A stretch of DNA of 35,829 nt, taken from the NCBI GenBank assembly GCA_002269645.1, contig NIVC01004757.1:1-35829 (forward strand). Reading direction: 5' to 3'. This document shows, one piece after another, positions 1 to 11,444 of the stretch. Positions within the stretch are counted from its first letter, which is position 1. The number at the start of each line of letters is the position of its first letter. The notes below the pieces were generated by a model. That model was not told the origin of the DNA, made no database searches, and was given only the letters and a program-made list of their open reading frames with translations. Made by a program: the position numbers and the translations under genes. The DNA is from Macrostomum lignano. Taxonomy: Eukaryota.

Positions 1-89
1 GAGTTTAACTTGCTAACTGAACTAAAAGTTGGCTAATCTATCTACCTGTAAACCGCGCAAGTAAACAGAATGAACTCTCCAGAGCTTAC

Positions 90-1844
90 CGTCTTGGTGA
101 ACTTAGCCGTGCGCACCTCGACAAAGTTGGCTTGCACAGCTTTCATGTAGGAGCGCTGGCTGGTGAAGGCCACCGCCGAGCCAATGGGTACTTGTACTTG
201 TCAGTGTCCAGGGCGGCGAAGGCCACGTTGCCGAACAGGTCGTTCATGATGGTGGCGAGCGCCTCGGCGGTGATCATGCGTGCAGAGCGCCGATGAACAC
301 TGTGCGCTTGGCGTCCAGCCTGTGCGAGCCCTGCTTGGTGAACTGAGAATCGTTGATGCACCAGGGGATCACCTGCACCTCCTTGGCCTTCATCTTGCTG
401 CTGCTGATCTTGAAATAGTACTCGCCGATGTTAGTGGCGTCGCGGGTGCATTGCTTGAGCAGGTTGCGCACGGAGAGCTCTTGGTCGAAGATCAGATAGC
501 AGTAGCCTCTCGGTGACGAGCGAATCTGCACGTTCGAGGCCTCGCGAGCCGGCCAGAGCACCTGCAGAGTGCCGAAGCGCAGGAAAGCCTGCTGCAGGTC
601 GAGTCGCTGACGTCCCAGGGCACACCGCCGAGAAAGACTTTGCGCGAGAAGATGGCATTTTTGTAGACGCGAACGGGCAGCTTGCCAGACCAGTGGTGGT
701 GCGCGTCGCTCGTCGAGGCCGAGTTCCGGTAGAAGCTGGCCGCCTTCTCAATCTCGTCGTCGCTGTTTGTCATCAAGTTTCGGTAGAGCGCCGCCATGGA
801 GGACACTTCCTCGTGGTAGTTCGGCTGGCCGGCTCCACCGCCGCGGGCTCCGGAAGCAGCCGCTGCAGCTGCCAGGGCCAGCGAGGACCCGGCGGCGCCT
901 TCCATCTGCTGCTCCGATGAGGTGACCGCACGGAGCGACTGGTTTGCTGCGGCCGCAGCAGCGGCGGCGGCAGCGGATGGCGGTCCGCCAGCTCCTGGAG
1001 CACCGGGCAGCTGGGCGCTGCTGCCAATAACCGATGCGGCAGCGGCGGCGGCAGCGGCAGCTGCAGCTGGATTATTGCCCGGCCATTGGTACGGATACTG
1101 GCTTCCGGTATTGAACAGCTTCAGAAGCTCCGCGCTGTAGAGCTGCAGTTGAGTCTCCTGCTGCTGGCGTCTCATCTCTTCTAGCCAGTAGGCCCTGATG
1201 AGGTCCTGGTTGAAGCCGGTGGCCGCGGCAGCTCCCGGTGGCACCAGAGGCGGCTGCTGCTGTTGGCCATAGGCGACGCTTACAGCTGGGTTGCTCAGCA
1301 GCTGGGCGAGTGCCGCCTGGCTCTGCATTTGTGCCTTCTGAGCCTCGGTCAGGCTGCTGGCTTGGTGCTGCTGCTGCTGCTGGTGGTTGAACTGGCGATT
1401 GTTGGACTGCTGTTGCTGCTGCTGGTGAGGCGACTGGTGCGCTTGCTGTTGCTGATGCTGCGCACTCTCGGCTTGGCTCGCCGCGGTTTTCTGCTGCTGC
1501 TGCTGCTGTCCGCCTTCGCCGCCGAAAATCGAGTCGGATAAGTCCGTGCCGCTGGAAATGCCGCTGGAGTCCATTGGCTCGGAGCCCATAGACGTATTGC
1601 CGCTCTTACGGCCGCTGTGCTGGGAGCTGCGAATCGCGCGAAAGCCAGCCGCCTCTAGATTGGTCTTGGGCGTCTGCATAGCGGACGACACAGAGGGAGA
1701 GTTGGCTGCCGCCAGATTCATGTTCTCATTGGTTGGAGTTGGGGTGAGACCCGTGCCCAGGCTCTGGATGCCGAACAGAGACTGCAGCGGATTGGGACTG
1801 GCGTAGTGGTCGTGGTGCATGGACCAGATGCTGTTGTTATTCAT
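90..1844 (-). CDS. CPEB1: Cytoplasmic polyadenylation element-binding protein, CPEB1/Orb type. Q/A-rich N-terminus plus two RRMs; partial, the final ZZ-domain exon lies left of the window; three apparent frameshifts.
   Basis: Joined frames give [11 protein letters not shown]...GYCYLIF...[19 protein letters not shown]...RTVFIGALH(G)[16 protein letters not shown]...DTDKYKYP(IGS)..AF...[21 protein letters not shown], the CPEB1 RRM1-RRM2 signature. A GTAAGC donor starts at 89 on the minus strand. Frame changes occur at ~598, ~279 and ~170-187. A possible acceptor at 1853-1854 means an upstream exon cannot be excluded. Confidence 0.93.
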
Positions 1845-4800
1845 GTCGGAGCCTGCGCAAATCCGGGGTGGGTGGGAGACTGGTTTTCAGCATTGAGAAA
1901 TCAGATGACGAGCGGGAAAGGAATTCTGTTGCCGCTTTAGCCTAAAATTTGGACAGATGTTTCTTCAACTGTTTGAGCCTATTTAAGTCGGGGACTCGGG
2001 GGGGGGGCTTTTTCAAAGTTTCGTCACGGTGCAGATTCAATAAATGCGAGACAAGAAAAGGCGCAGACTAAAGCAAGCAAAGTGTGCACGTACTCTCAAA
2101 CTTTAGCGTCCCAGAGTCGGCAGTGGAGTCGCCAAGCGTGTGATCCAGAATCATGGAGTGAATGAGGCTGTTCAGTCCGCTGTTGTCTTTTCCTTTCTGC
2201 AACAAACAGAGACGCAACAAGAGTGTTGAAAAAATTGCTATTCTGCGCGTTTTGCCAGATTGTTTTAGCGATATAGCACTAACAACAGGAAATTAATGCT
2301 TACATGTTGATCCATATGCTGGCAAAGGAGGCGCTGCGCAGACAGTTTTTTATCTCAAATGGCTTCCTAGTTTGGGGGAGTCCCTTTTAAAGCCGAGTAA
2401 AAATCGGTATAATTACAGCCACCCTTTCCAGCCGGCGCGTTTGATCGATATTTATATGAAGCCGCACAAGTGAAAAGCTGACTGCGAGACTCCTCCACAC
2501 AAACCCAGCGGAGGGCGCGGCGGCTTCCTTTAAAGCCCACCGATAAACATTAGGGGGCTCCCCGCACCCACCCCGTCGCCACCAATATTCGCACCTTGGC
2601 TCAAGCCAGCAGTATATTTTGACGCAAGCCGGCTCCAGCCTTAAATCGCATGTACATTTCATTTCCCCTGTACAACTAGAGAGGGGGGCTGGTGGGGCCC
2701 GTGAAATAATCGATATTTGTTATATAATCCACCAGGCCAAGAGCAGGGCCAATCAGAATCAGAATGCTGCTAAGCCGCTATGGGAGAAGTGCAAAGTAGA
2801 ATAATAATCTTACACTGCACATGTGAGTGAGAGTTTACTTCACAATGATAATTGTCGCAAACTAAAGTGCCCTAACAACCCCAGCTGAAGTTAATTGGGA
2901 TTGATAATTAACTATCAAATAAATCTGTGCACGCTAATTATATAAAGTTTATCTGTTAGGTCATACAATGAAAGCATGATAAAGTTAATTACGACCACCA
3001 AGATACGAGATATTGCGTTCGATCATTTTTTTTTTGAGAATTTTTTATCAAGGCAGAATCAAATAATTTTCTATTGAGTTGTATGTACATGCACACAGCA
3101 ACAAGAATCAAGATTCCATCTCGAAACCAGTAGGTCAATGAAGCTTTCTCAGATCTCAGCTCCAAGTGTCGCAATTCACCCCCCCCCCGCGGTTCTCGTC
3201 TCAACTGTTGGACGCATGATGCAATTTGCGTCACAAGGTTTTTAAGGCTGGTGCAGAGGAAGAGTTCTAGCTAGAGTTGGGTTAAAGCTGCCAACTCAGG
3301 TTCTCTGTCCTCATGAACAAACTTTGTACGAACTTGTGTTACATGTACAAGCAGGAATATACATGTAGTCGGGAAAATTTTCTCCAGGCAATGAAAGTCT
3401 GTTTGCATTGCAAATTTTGCATCTCATGTACATGTACAAGTTACATGTCTTTGGTTGGTTCCCAGATAGAGTTTGATTGTTCGTTTTTTCCATTCCGTAT
3501 GCAGTACTAGATCTATTACAAACGACGTGGTACATGTAACATATGAAGTCCAATCTATAGACTATAGTACAAATCCACCTGTACAAATCACGCATAGTTA
3601 GAGAGAAACTTCTCATTTAAAATGCACGGTAAAATATGAATAAAAATATCTTTGCTTGGTGGGTGGAACTTTTGACTGTTGGCGCATTGTCTGGAATTCA
3701 TTCAGTGATCTAGTGAACCAGTTCTCTCCGATCGCAACTGCAAGTTACGCAACTCGCGCGGGGAACGGTATTATTCAATTGCTTTCATCATGCAGTTCCT
3801 ATAGTGTACAATTGAATAATACCGTGCCTGCAACTGCAGTGTCGGAGAGCACCGGGTTTGGCTTGAGGTGAGTTGAGCCTAGCTGGCACTGTTGAAATCC
3901 GCGGGCAGGGGCAGATAAAGTGCTCAGCGTTTTTACTGCCTGAGCGATAAAAGGGCCGGTATCGCTCCATAGGTACCCTTCGGCTGTCATGCAGGTAACG
4001 CCGCATCCCTGAGGCGTCAGACAGCCTCCAGATGGCTGTGAAGCCGGTGCCGTCGGTGCGGTTTAGGGTGTCATCATGCACTAGGCCCGAGACAGGCAAC
4101 TCTCGATTGACTGCAAACATGCCCTTTCTGGAGCTCGTCGGCAGATTCTAGTGTATTTTCGTATTTCTCTACAGACGAGCCAAACTCGAACACATCACAT
4201 ATTGTAAAAATGTATTTTTCATTCGCGGAACTACGATTGATTGATACTCTCTCTACTTATAGTAGACTACTACGATTCCATTCTACTTCTACATAAAAAT
4301 TATTTGCTATGCAAAACAAAAAATGGATGGAAAGGCTGAATTTAACTTCGGTTTCGACTAACATTTTTAACCCTCCAAACACCAGCTAATTAATTTGTTT
4401 AAGCACTAAAAAAGTGAAAACGCGTTTTTTATAAATTTTTATAATCTAAGCGTATCGTGTTCGTTCGATCGACGGAGCTAGGGCAAGTTAAACCAATTAG
4501 GCTCATTCATTAGGTCCCTTAGCCTTAGCCTCTTTAGATCTTGCTAATCACTTAAAACTAATAGGGACTAGGTAGCTTTAATTTTTTAAAATCACAGTGC
4601 TACAGTAGCCCAAATTTCCTAGAAATAGTTTCAAATACTTTTGATAGATCTTATAACATTTTCATTACTTTTCGTTTTGGAATTTGGCCAATTAATAAAA
4701 AGTTAATAAATTTTCTTGCAGGTCCAGGGCATAGGTCCTAGCTTCAATTTTCAGTGTTTTAATGCATTTTACCTATTAACAAATAAGCACCAGGATCATT

Positions 4801-5303
4801 TTGCCCAAAAGAGTTAAGTTTATTTATGAAACTAACAGCCTACAAAAAGTTTGCTAAGAAATAGAAAATAAATTTTATAATGATTTTCATGCAAGAACTT
4901 ATCATTTTGTTTAATTTTTAAAATACAAAAACAAAAGCATGTGCCCTGGCTTGATAGTTATGTTAGTGAATGTCATAGGCTTGGCTTGTTAGCTAGGCCT
5001 AGGCCTATGCCTAAGGCAGGCCTATCCTGTAGTTTCACATGTTAGCTAATTTATTTTTGCTGAAAATAATAACTTTTAAGTGGCTTTAAGCTTAGTAAGT
5101 GACAGCATAGAAAATAGAGAACAAATATAACATATTATCAAGTGTCTACTTTTGTTTATTAAATGCATTTATTATAATCATGCCATTGTCAATCATCAAC
5201 TGAACTTTGTGAACCTAGTGGACCCATTTGTCCATACTATCACCATCAAGGGCAGGGCACATGGGCTCACATGAAGGCCAAATTTTGCTAGATACATGGT
5301 ATA

Positions 5304-5779
5304 TCCCATAGTTAGGAAGGTGGCACAGTGTGCGCCAGAATAAATTTTTTGGGACCATCTATGTGCTGTCTATGCACCATCTATGCGCCATTTGTGCGCC
5401 GTCTATGTGCCATGTCTGTGCCCTTATTTTATGTAATTTATATAAATTAACATAATTTATGTATTTTATATAGATTATGTATTTTATGACAAATTTACAA
5501 AATTCTTAGAATTCATTCATACCAGTTTTATGCTAATAAAGATTCTATTCTGATTCCTTATGCACCAAAGTTGTGCATAGGCCTAGCATTGCATATGTCA
5601 GAGACTTTATGCACTGCAATTATGCGCCGCATGCGCTAGGGACCTCAGTGTGCGCCATGATTGTGTGCCGCATGCACCAGGGACCTCAGTGTGCACCATG
5701 ATTGTGCGCCAAGTGCGCCAAGGACCTCTTGTATGCGCCAGAATTTTCCATGGCAAAGGCCACTTTCCTGACTATAGGG
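5304..5779. mobile_element. MITE-like non-autonomous DNA transposon with TA target-site duplication
   Basis: 21-bp terminal inverted repeats (5304-5324 and 5759-5779, 17/21 match), TA (TATA) on both flanks, subterminal TG(T)GCGCC motif clusters, no coding capacity. Confidence 0.6.
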
Positions 5780-6766
5780 TATATCTAAGAGATGTCTAAT
5801 GGATAAATTTATTTTCAAATTGACTATTTAAGTCACTTATAAAAATACCTATGGCGGTGCCCTTTCCCAAAACAAGACCTTTGAGAACTTCCTCTACTAG
5901 GTGTCTTTTAGCTGCAGGGCAGTCCAAAGATACAGTGGGAAGGTGAACGTTGCCTATTTTATTATCTACTGGATGTCACATTATTATCTATTATAGACTA
6001 ACAAAACTAGATAGTTGATTCCATGTTACCCCTTATTATTTATTGTCATTTACTTAAAGTTATTTAAAAGTTAAAACTTATTATTTTCAATAAAAATAAT
6101 TTAATGTACAAAACTATAGGATAGCCAAAAGCTTCCTAGATGTCCATTGGAATTGCAAAGTTATTTTTTCTTTTTAATTTATATTTGTTTTATATATATA
6201 TTATTTTATATAAGTGATTTAAACTATCAAGCCTATCAATTAAATATTATTGTATTTTTTGCAAAAAACTTCAAATTTGCTTTTTGCATACATATTGGCA
6301 AGTCATAGGATAGGACCTTTACCAAATTCCCAAACATTAATATTAGCATAGTATAAGATATCATATGATAGTCCTAAAGTAAAACTAAGGCATAGGAAGT
6401 TTTGGTAATTATTTAAGGTCTAGAATCATATTTATTTAAGCAAGTATAGGCCAATTTAGGCCTATCAATTTTTTTAGTTAGGCCTAAGTTTAACTGCATA
6501 TATGTTCAACCTCTTTGATTTATATTGGCTATACAACTTACTTTTTTTTACAAAAAATGCAATTTATCAATGAAAGAAACCCTAGGCTAGAACAAAAATT
6601 AACACAACTTTGGATAAATGGCAAGAGTATTTAACTGTCTTATTAAGTCTAAATGCCTCAATCTAATTAAGTACTATATCTATAAGTTGCATAAAGTCTT
6701 TACTGATCGATTTTATGGCTATGGTTAAATAGTTAGGCCTTATTAATAACTATATTTAGCCTACAA

Positions 6767-6806
6767 ATACTAGAATAACTAGATTGCCATCTAGTTATTC
6801 TAGTAT
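6767..6806. repeat. Perfect 18-bp inverted repeat with a 4-nt loop
   Basis: ATACTAGAATAACTAGAT-TGCC-ATCTAGTTATTCTAGTAT. Confidence 0.85.
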
Positions 6807-7333
6807 ATATGACTAGGCCCTAAGCTAAAAGCTTAGACTTGAACCCTGGCTTAATGTAATTTTGATTTTATCATTTTTTAAAACTTACATACAAAATTTA
6901 AGATACCAAAGTTGATATGTCATGATATAAAATCGCTCCATAGGTAGTAGTATAGAATTTGTACTATATTAGTAGGCCTACACAGTAGCATAGAATTTGT
7001 AAACTATATTAATAGGCCTATAGTAAAACCATTTTTAGTATACAGGAAAATCCATCCAAATATACTAAATCTTTATTTAATGCTTATTAACTATGCTTTA
7101 AATTTAACTAGGAAGATGCATTGTATTCATAATAGTAATCAGTTCTTATCTTAAAAAATAATTTTAATAGTCTAAAACCCAGGCTATGTGGCCAATAAGA
7201 TCCAAAATTGGTTTAGATAGATTTCTTTAATTTGAACATCTATTTAACTAAATTTAAAAAGGACACAATGATTCTGAAATTACTGTATGGCCAAAGCCTA
7301 ACAAGTTTATTTAGCATTGCCAACCTGTTTTGA

Positions 7334-10300
7334 ATGCTATGCATGTGGTCGCGTCAGAAAGCAATACACAAGCGTGTTGAGGAGCAGTTCAAATCCAATA
7401 ACAACATGCCAACAGCCAAGCTAAATCCTGACCCAGAGATGCACGCTTTTGTTGAGCGCGTGCACGTCAAGGGCCTGCGTCGAACCCGCGATCAGCTCGT
7501 CCACTCGCAGGTTACTTGAGGCCATGGGTTTCTTTTAGAGCTAATTTAATCCCTCTTATTAAGGATCGCCTTCTTAATCACAATCCCTTTGATTGAGAAT
7601 CGCCCACTTAATCTTAATTCCTCTTATTAAGGATCGCCTTCTTAATCACAATCCATTTGATTGAGAATCGCCCACTTAATCTTAATCCCTCTCATTAAGG
7701 ATCGCCTTCTTAATCATAATCCCTTTGATTGAGAATCACCCTGTTAATCTTAATCCCTCTGATGAAAATCGCCCTGTTAATCTTAATCCCTCTGATGAGA
7801 ATCGCCCTGTTAATCTTAATCCCTCTGATTGAGAATCGCCCTGTTAATCTTAATCCCTCTGATTGAGAATCGCCCTGTTAATCTTAATCCCTCTGATGAA
7901 AATCGCCCTGTTAATCTTAATCCCTCTGATGAGAATCGCCCTGTTAATCTTAATCCCTCTGATTGAGAATTGCCCTGTTAATCTTAATCCCTCTGATTGA
8001 GAATCGCCCTGTTAATCTTAATCCCTCTGCTTGAGAATCGCCCTGTTAATCATAATCCCTTTGATTGAGAATCACTGCTAATCTTTGGCCCTCCCACTGA
8101 AAAAGTCCTCAAGTCCTGACATAATCCCACGGACTCTAATAATAGCCCATTGCTTAATTGTCCCCAGGTGCGCCGTCTCCTATCAGATCGGGTGGCCACC
8201 TGGGGCCAGCTAGTGCTGGAGATCCAAGCCGCTAAGCGTCGCCTACAAGCCCTTGGCGTGTTCACTCGCGTCGACGTTACCATAGATACGGCAAAGTCTC
8301 CCGTAGCCGAACGAGCCGGCTTAGCCAATGCCGCCTATGAAGTTGTATTCGAAGTGCAAGAGTGCAAACAGATGCAATACGGCGTACGAACCATGGCAGG
8401 TATGGACGGCACCGTGTCCCTAGTGCTCAATGGCAATCTGCGCAATTTGACTGGCAACGCCGAACGGTTGATATTCGATTATCAAATTGGTACAAGAGAC
8501 AGCAAATCGCATTTTTTAACTTTGGCCGCGCCGCTGGCCATGTATCCGTTTGCTAAGGCTAGCGCCGGACTGGTTAATAGCTGCGTTGATTTTAATTGGG
8601 CCGCTGTCAAGGTGAGCTGTTTGGTCATAGCAAAATTAGCGAATTGTATTATAGACTATGTGCTGTAATATAGTCGCTGTATGCTGTTGCCTTAATGGTT
8701 GCTATATCGTTGCCATGCTGTTGCTATGTTGTAGCTTTGCTGGTTGCTAAGCTGTTGCTATGTTGTAGCTTTGGTGGTTGCTAAGCTGTTGCTATGTTGT
8801 AGCTTTGGTGGTTGCTAAGCCGTTGCTATGTTGTAGCTTTGGTGTTGCTAAGCTGTTGCTATGTTGTAGCTTTGGTGTTGCTAAGCTGTTGCTATGTTGT
8901 AGCTTTGGTGTTGCTAAGCTGTTGCTATGTTGTAGCTTGGTGGTTGCTAAGCCGTTGCTATGTTGTAGCTTTGGTGGTTGCTAAGCCGTTGCTATGTTGT
9001 AGCTTTGGTGGTTGCTAAGCTGTTGCTATGTTGTAGCTTGGTGGTTGCTAAGCCGTTGCTATGTTGTAGCTTTGGTGGTTGCTAAGCCGTTGCTATGTTT
9101 TAGCTTTGGTGGTTGCTAAGCCGTTGCTATGTTTTAGCTTTGGTGGTTGCTAAGCCGTTGCTATGTTGTAGCTTTGGTGGTTGCTAAGCCATTGCTATGT
9201 TTTAGCTTTGGTGGTTGCTAAGCCGTTGCTACGTTGTGGATACTGTGATTAATCGACAATTTTGCCTTGGTTTTGTTGCCCAAGCCGCTAGAAACCGAGG
9301 CTTTATAAGTATCAATGTTCCGGTGTAGACTTGCCTAGAGATGATATTAGGAGAACATCAAATTGCTTGAACCGACTGCAGGAGAGCCACTCCAGCTGCT
9401 TCGCCAGTTTCTCTTTACCGCTCGGCCCAACCGAGCAGCTGCTGCGCGCCGAGCTGAGTTGGCGCCAGCTGTTGGCCTCCCAGGACGGCCGGGCGCCGCT
9501 GGCTGTACGCGAGCTGTGCGGCCACTCCATCAAGTGCGGCCTCAAACACGTGCTCGAAGCCGACAGTCGCGACAGCGCCACGGTGCCAATGAGCGGCGGC
9601 TTGATGCGGCTCACCAGCGAGCTTGCCGGCTTTGGCGGCGACGTTCGTCACCTTCGACTTGGCGCCAAATTGTCGCGCAGTCTGCCTTTGGCGCCGCTGT
9701 TCCCGGCGGCGTCAATTCACTTGACGGCGGCCTGCGGACACGCCGTGCCGATGAATGGCGGAGGCATTCCGCTGGCTGACCGGTTCACCATCGGCGGATT
9801 GTCTAGCGGACTGCGAGGCTTCGACATTAACTGCGTCGGGCCCAGCGTTCCCAGGGCCGCCCTATCCGCTGGGTACGTGCTACGCTTTTTCTATACTTCT
9901 ATACCTGGCTATTCGTGCCAGCACTGTTCCAGTATTGTTTTTGATTTGGCTATCCCTGACTTCCGGTGTTTGAATTAGGGTGTTTTTGATTTGGCTATCC
10001 CTGACTTCCGGTGTTTGAATTAGGGTGTTTTTGATTTGGCTATCCCTGACTTCCGGTGTTTGAATTAGGGTGTTTTTGATTTGGCTATCCCTGACTTCCG
10101 GGGTTTGAATTAGGGTGTTTTTTATTTGGCTATCCCTGACTTCCGGTGTTTGAATTAGGGTGTTTTTGATTTGGCTATCCCTGACTTCCGGTGTTTGGAT
10201 TAGGGTGTTTTTGATTTGGCTATCCCTGACTTCCGGTGTTTGAATTAGGGTGTTTTTTATTTGGCTATCCCTGACTTCCGGTGTTTGGATTAGGGTGTTT

Positions 10301-11353
10301 TTGATTTGGCTATCTCCAACTTCCGGTGTTTGGATTAGGGTGTTTTTGATTTGGCTATTCCCAACTTCCGGTATGTTTTTGTTTTGGCTATCACTGACTT
10401 CGGTGTTTGAATAAGGATGTCTTTGATTTGGCTATCCCTAACTTCCGGTGTTTGAATAAGGATGTCTTTGATTTGGCTATCCCTAACTTCCGGTGTTTGA
10501 ATTAGGGTGTTTTTGATTTGGCTATCCCCAACTTCCGGTGTTTGAATTAGGGTGTTTTTGATTTGGCTATCCCTGAATTCCGGTGTTTGAATTAGGGTGT
10601 TTTTGATTTGGCTATCCCTGACTTCCGGTGTTTGAATTAGGGTGTTTTTGATTTGGCTATCCCTGACTTCCGGTGTTTGAATTAGGGTGTTTTTGATTTG
10701 GCTATCCCCAACTTCCGGTGTTTGAATTAGGGTGTTTTTGATTTGGCTATCCCTGAATTCCGGTGTTTGAATTAGGGTGTTTTTGATTTGGCTATCCCTG
10801 ACTTCCGGTGTTTGAATTAGGGTGTTTTTGATTTGGCTATCCCTGACTTCCGGTGTTTGAATTAGGGTGTTTTTGATTTGGCTATCCCTGACTTCCGGTG
10901 TTTGAATTAGGGTGTTATATGCTTTGATTTGATTTGATTTTGGTTTGGCTATCGCACTCGATTTGCAGAGAAGAGCAGCAGCAGCAAGCAGCACCAGAAG
11001 TGCCCAGCCGTTGCTACCTTGGTGGCGAGTCGTTCTTCACGGCTGGCGCGCACCTGTACTGCCCGCTGCCGCTGGTCACTAGGCGTGGCAATTTTTTCGA
11101 CTTATTCCGTCTGCACGCTTTCGCTAACGCCGGCTGCCTCGTGTCCAACGCTGGCGGCGCCCCCGTTGGCGACTGGCGATTGCCGCGGTTCCCGCGCGAC
11201 GAAGTTCGTCTATCGTACGGCATCGGCATCCTCTTGGCTGTTGGCGGCCTGGCCCGATTCGAGCTGAATTACACAGTGCCGCAGGCCGCCTGCGCCGGTG
11301 ACAAACTCGCTCCGGGCGTTGGTTTGGGCATTCACGTCGATTCGCCATTTTAA
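7334..11353 (+). CDS. SAMM50: Mitochondrial sorting and assembly machinery component 50 (Omp85 family). Exons 7334-7510, 8168-8611, 9382-9872, 10969-11353; 498 aa.
   Basis: POTRA-like HVKGLRRTRD...RRLQALGVFTRVDVTID, then NLTGNAE, GHSIKCGLKH...DSRDS..VP..G, ADRFTIGG..LRGF, YLGG, FRLHAFANAG and SYGIGI...ARFELNYTVP. All three introns are GT-AG with matching phases (0,0,2) and the total of 1497 nt is in frame. The start codon is uncertain (7334, 7343 or 7406). Confidence 0.93.
7545..8072. repeat. 33-34 bp minisatellite in SAM50 intron 1, unit GAGAATCGCCCTGTTAATCTTAATCCCTCTGATT
   Basis: About 15 units read directly; the first ones form a diverged ~68-bp dimer. Confidence 0.95.
8698..9236. repeat. 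33-34 bp minisatellite in SAM50 intron 2, unit GTTGCTAAGCCGTTGCTATGTTGTAGCTTTGGTG
   Basis: About 15 units read directly. Confidence 0.95.
9935..10915. repeat. 45-bp minisatellite in SAM50 intron 3, unit TTAGGGTGTTTTTGATTTGGCTATCCCTGACTTCCGGTGTTTGAA
   Basis: Period 45 (TTAGGG at 9975 and 10020), about 22 units; it produces the artefactual 15-aa repeat ORF at 10335-10994. Confidence 0.97.
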
Positions 11354-11444
11354 CCGCAAGTCTAACTGTATGCACCAATCATAGCAACCCTTGTTTACAT
11401 TGAATACCGGTTATTCAAAACTAATACTTATTTTGATAGCATAA

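Noticed and set aside
280-1806. Plus-strand ORFs overlapping CPEB, and similar shadows over SAM50 and PKD exons
   Set aside because: They are antisense or alternate-frame shadows of GC-rich coding sequence with no recognisable motifs.
9975-10915. Interstitial telomere
   Set aside because: There is at most one TTAGGG per 45-bp unit and never in tandem.
10335-10994. 219-aa protein with 15-aa repeats
   Set aside because: It is the translation of the 45-bp intronic minisatellite, antisense to SAM50.
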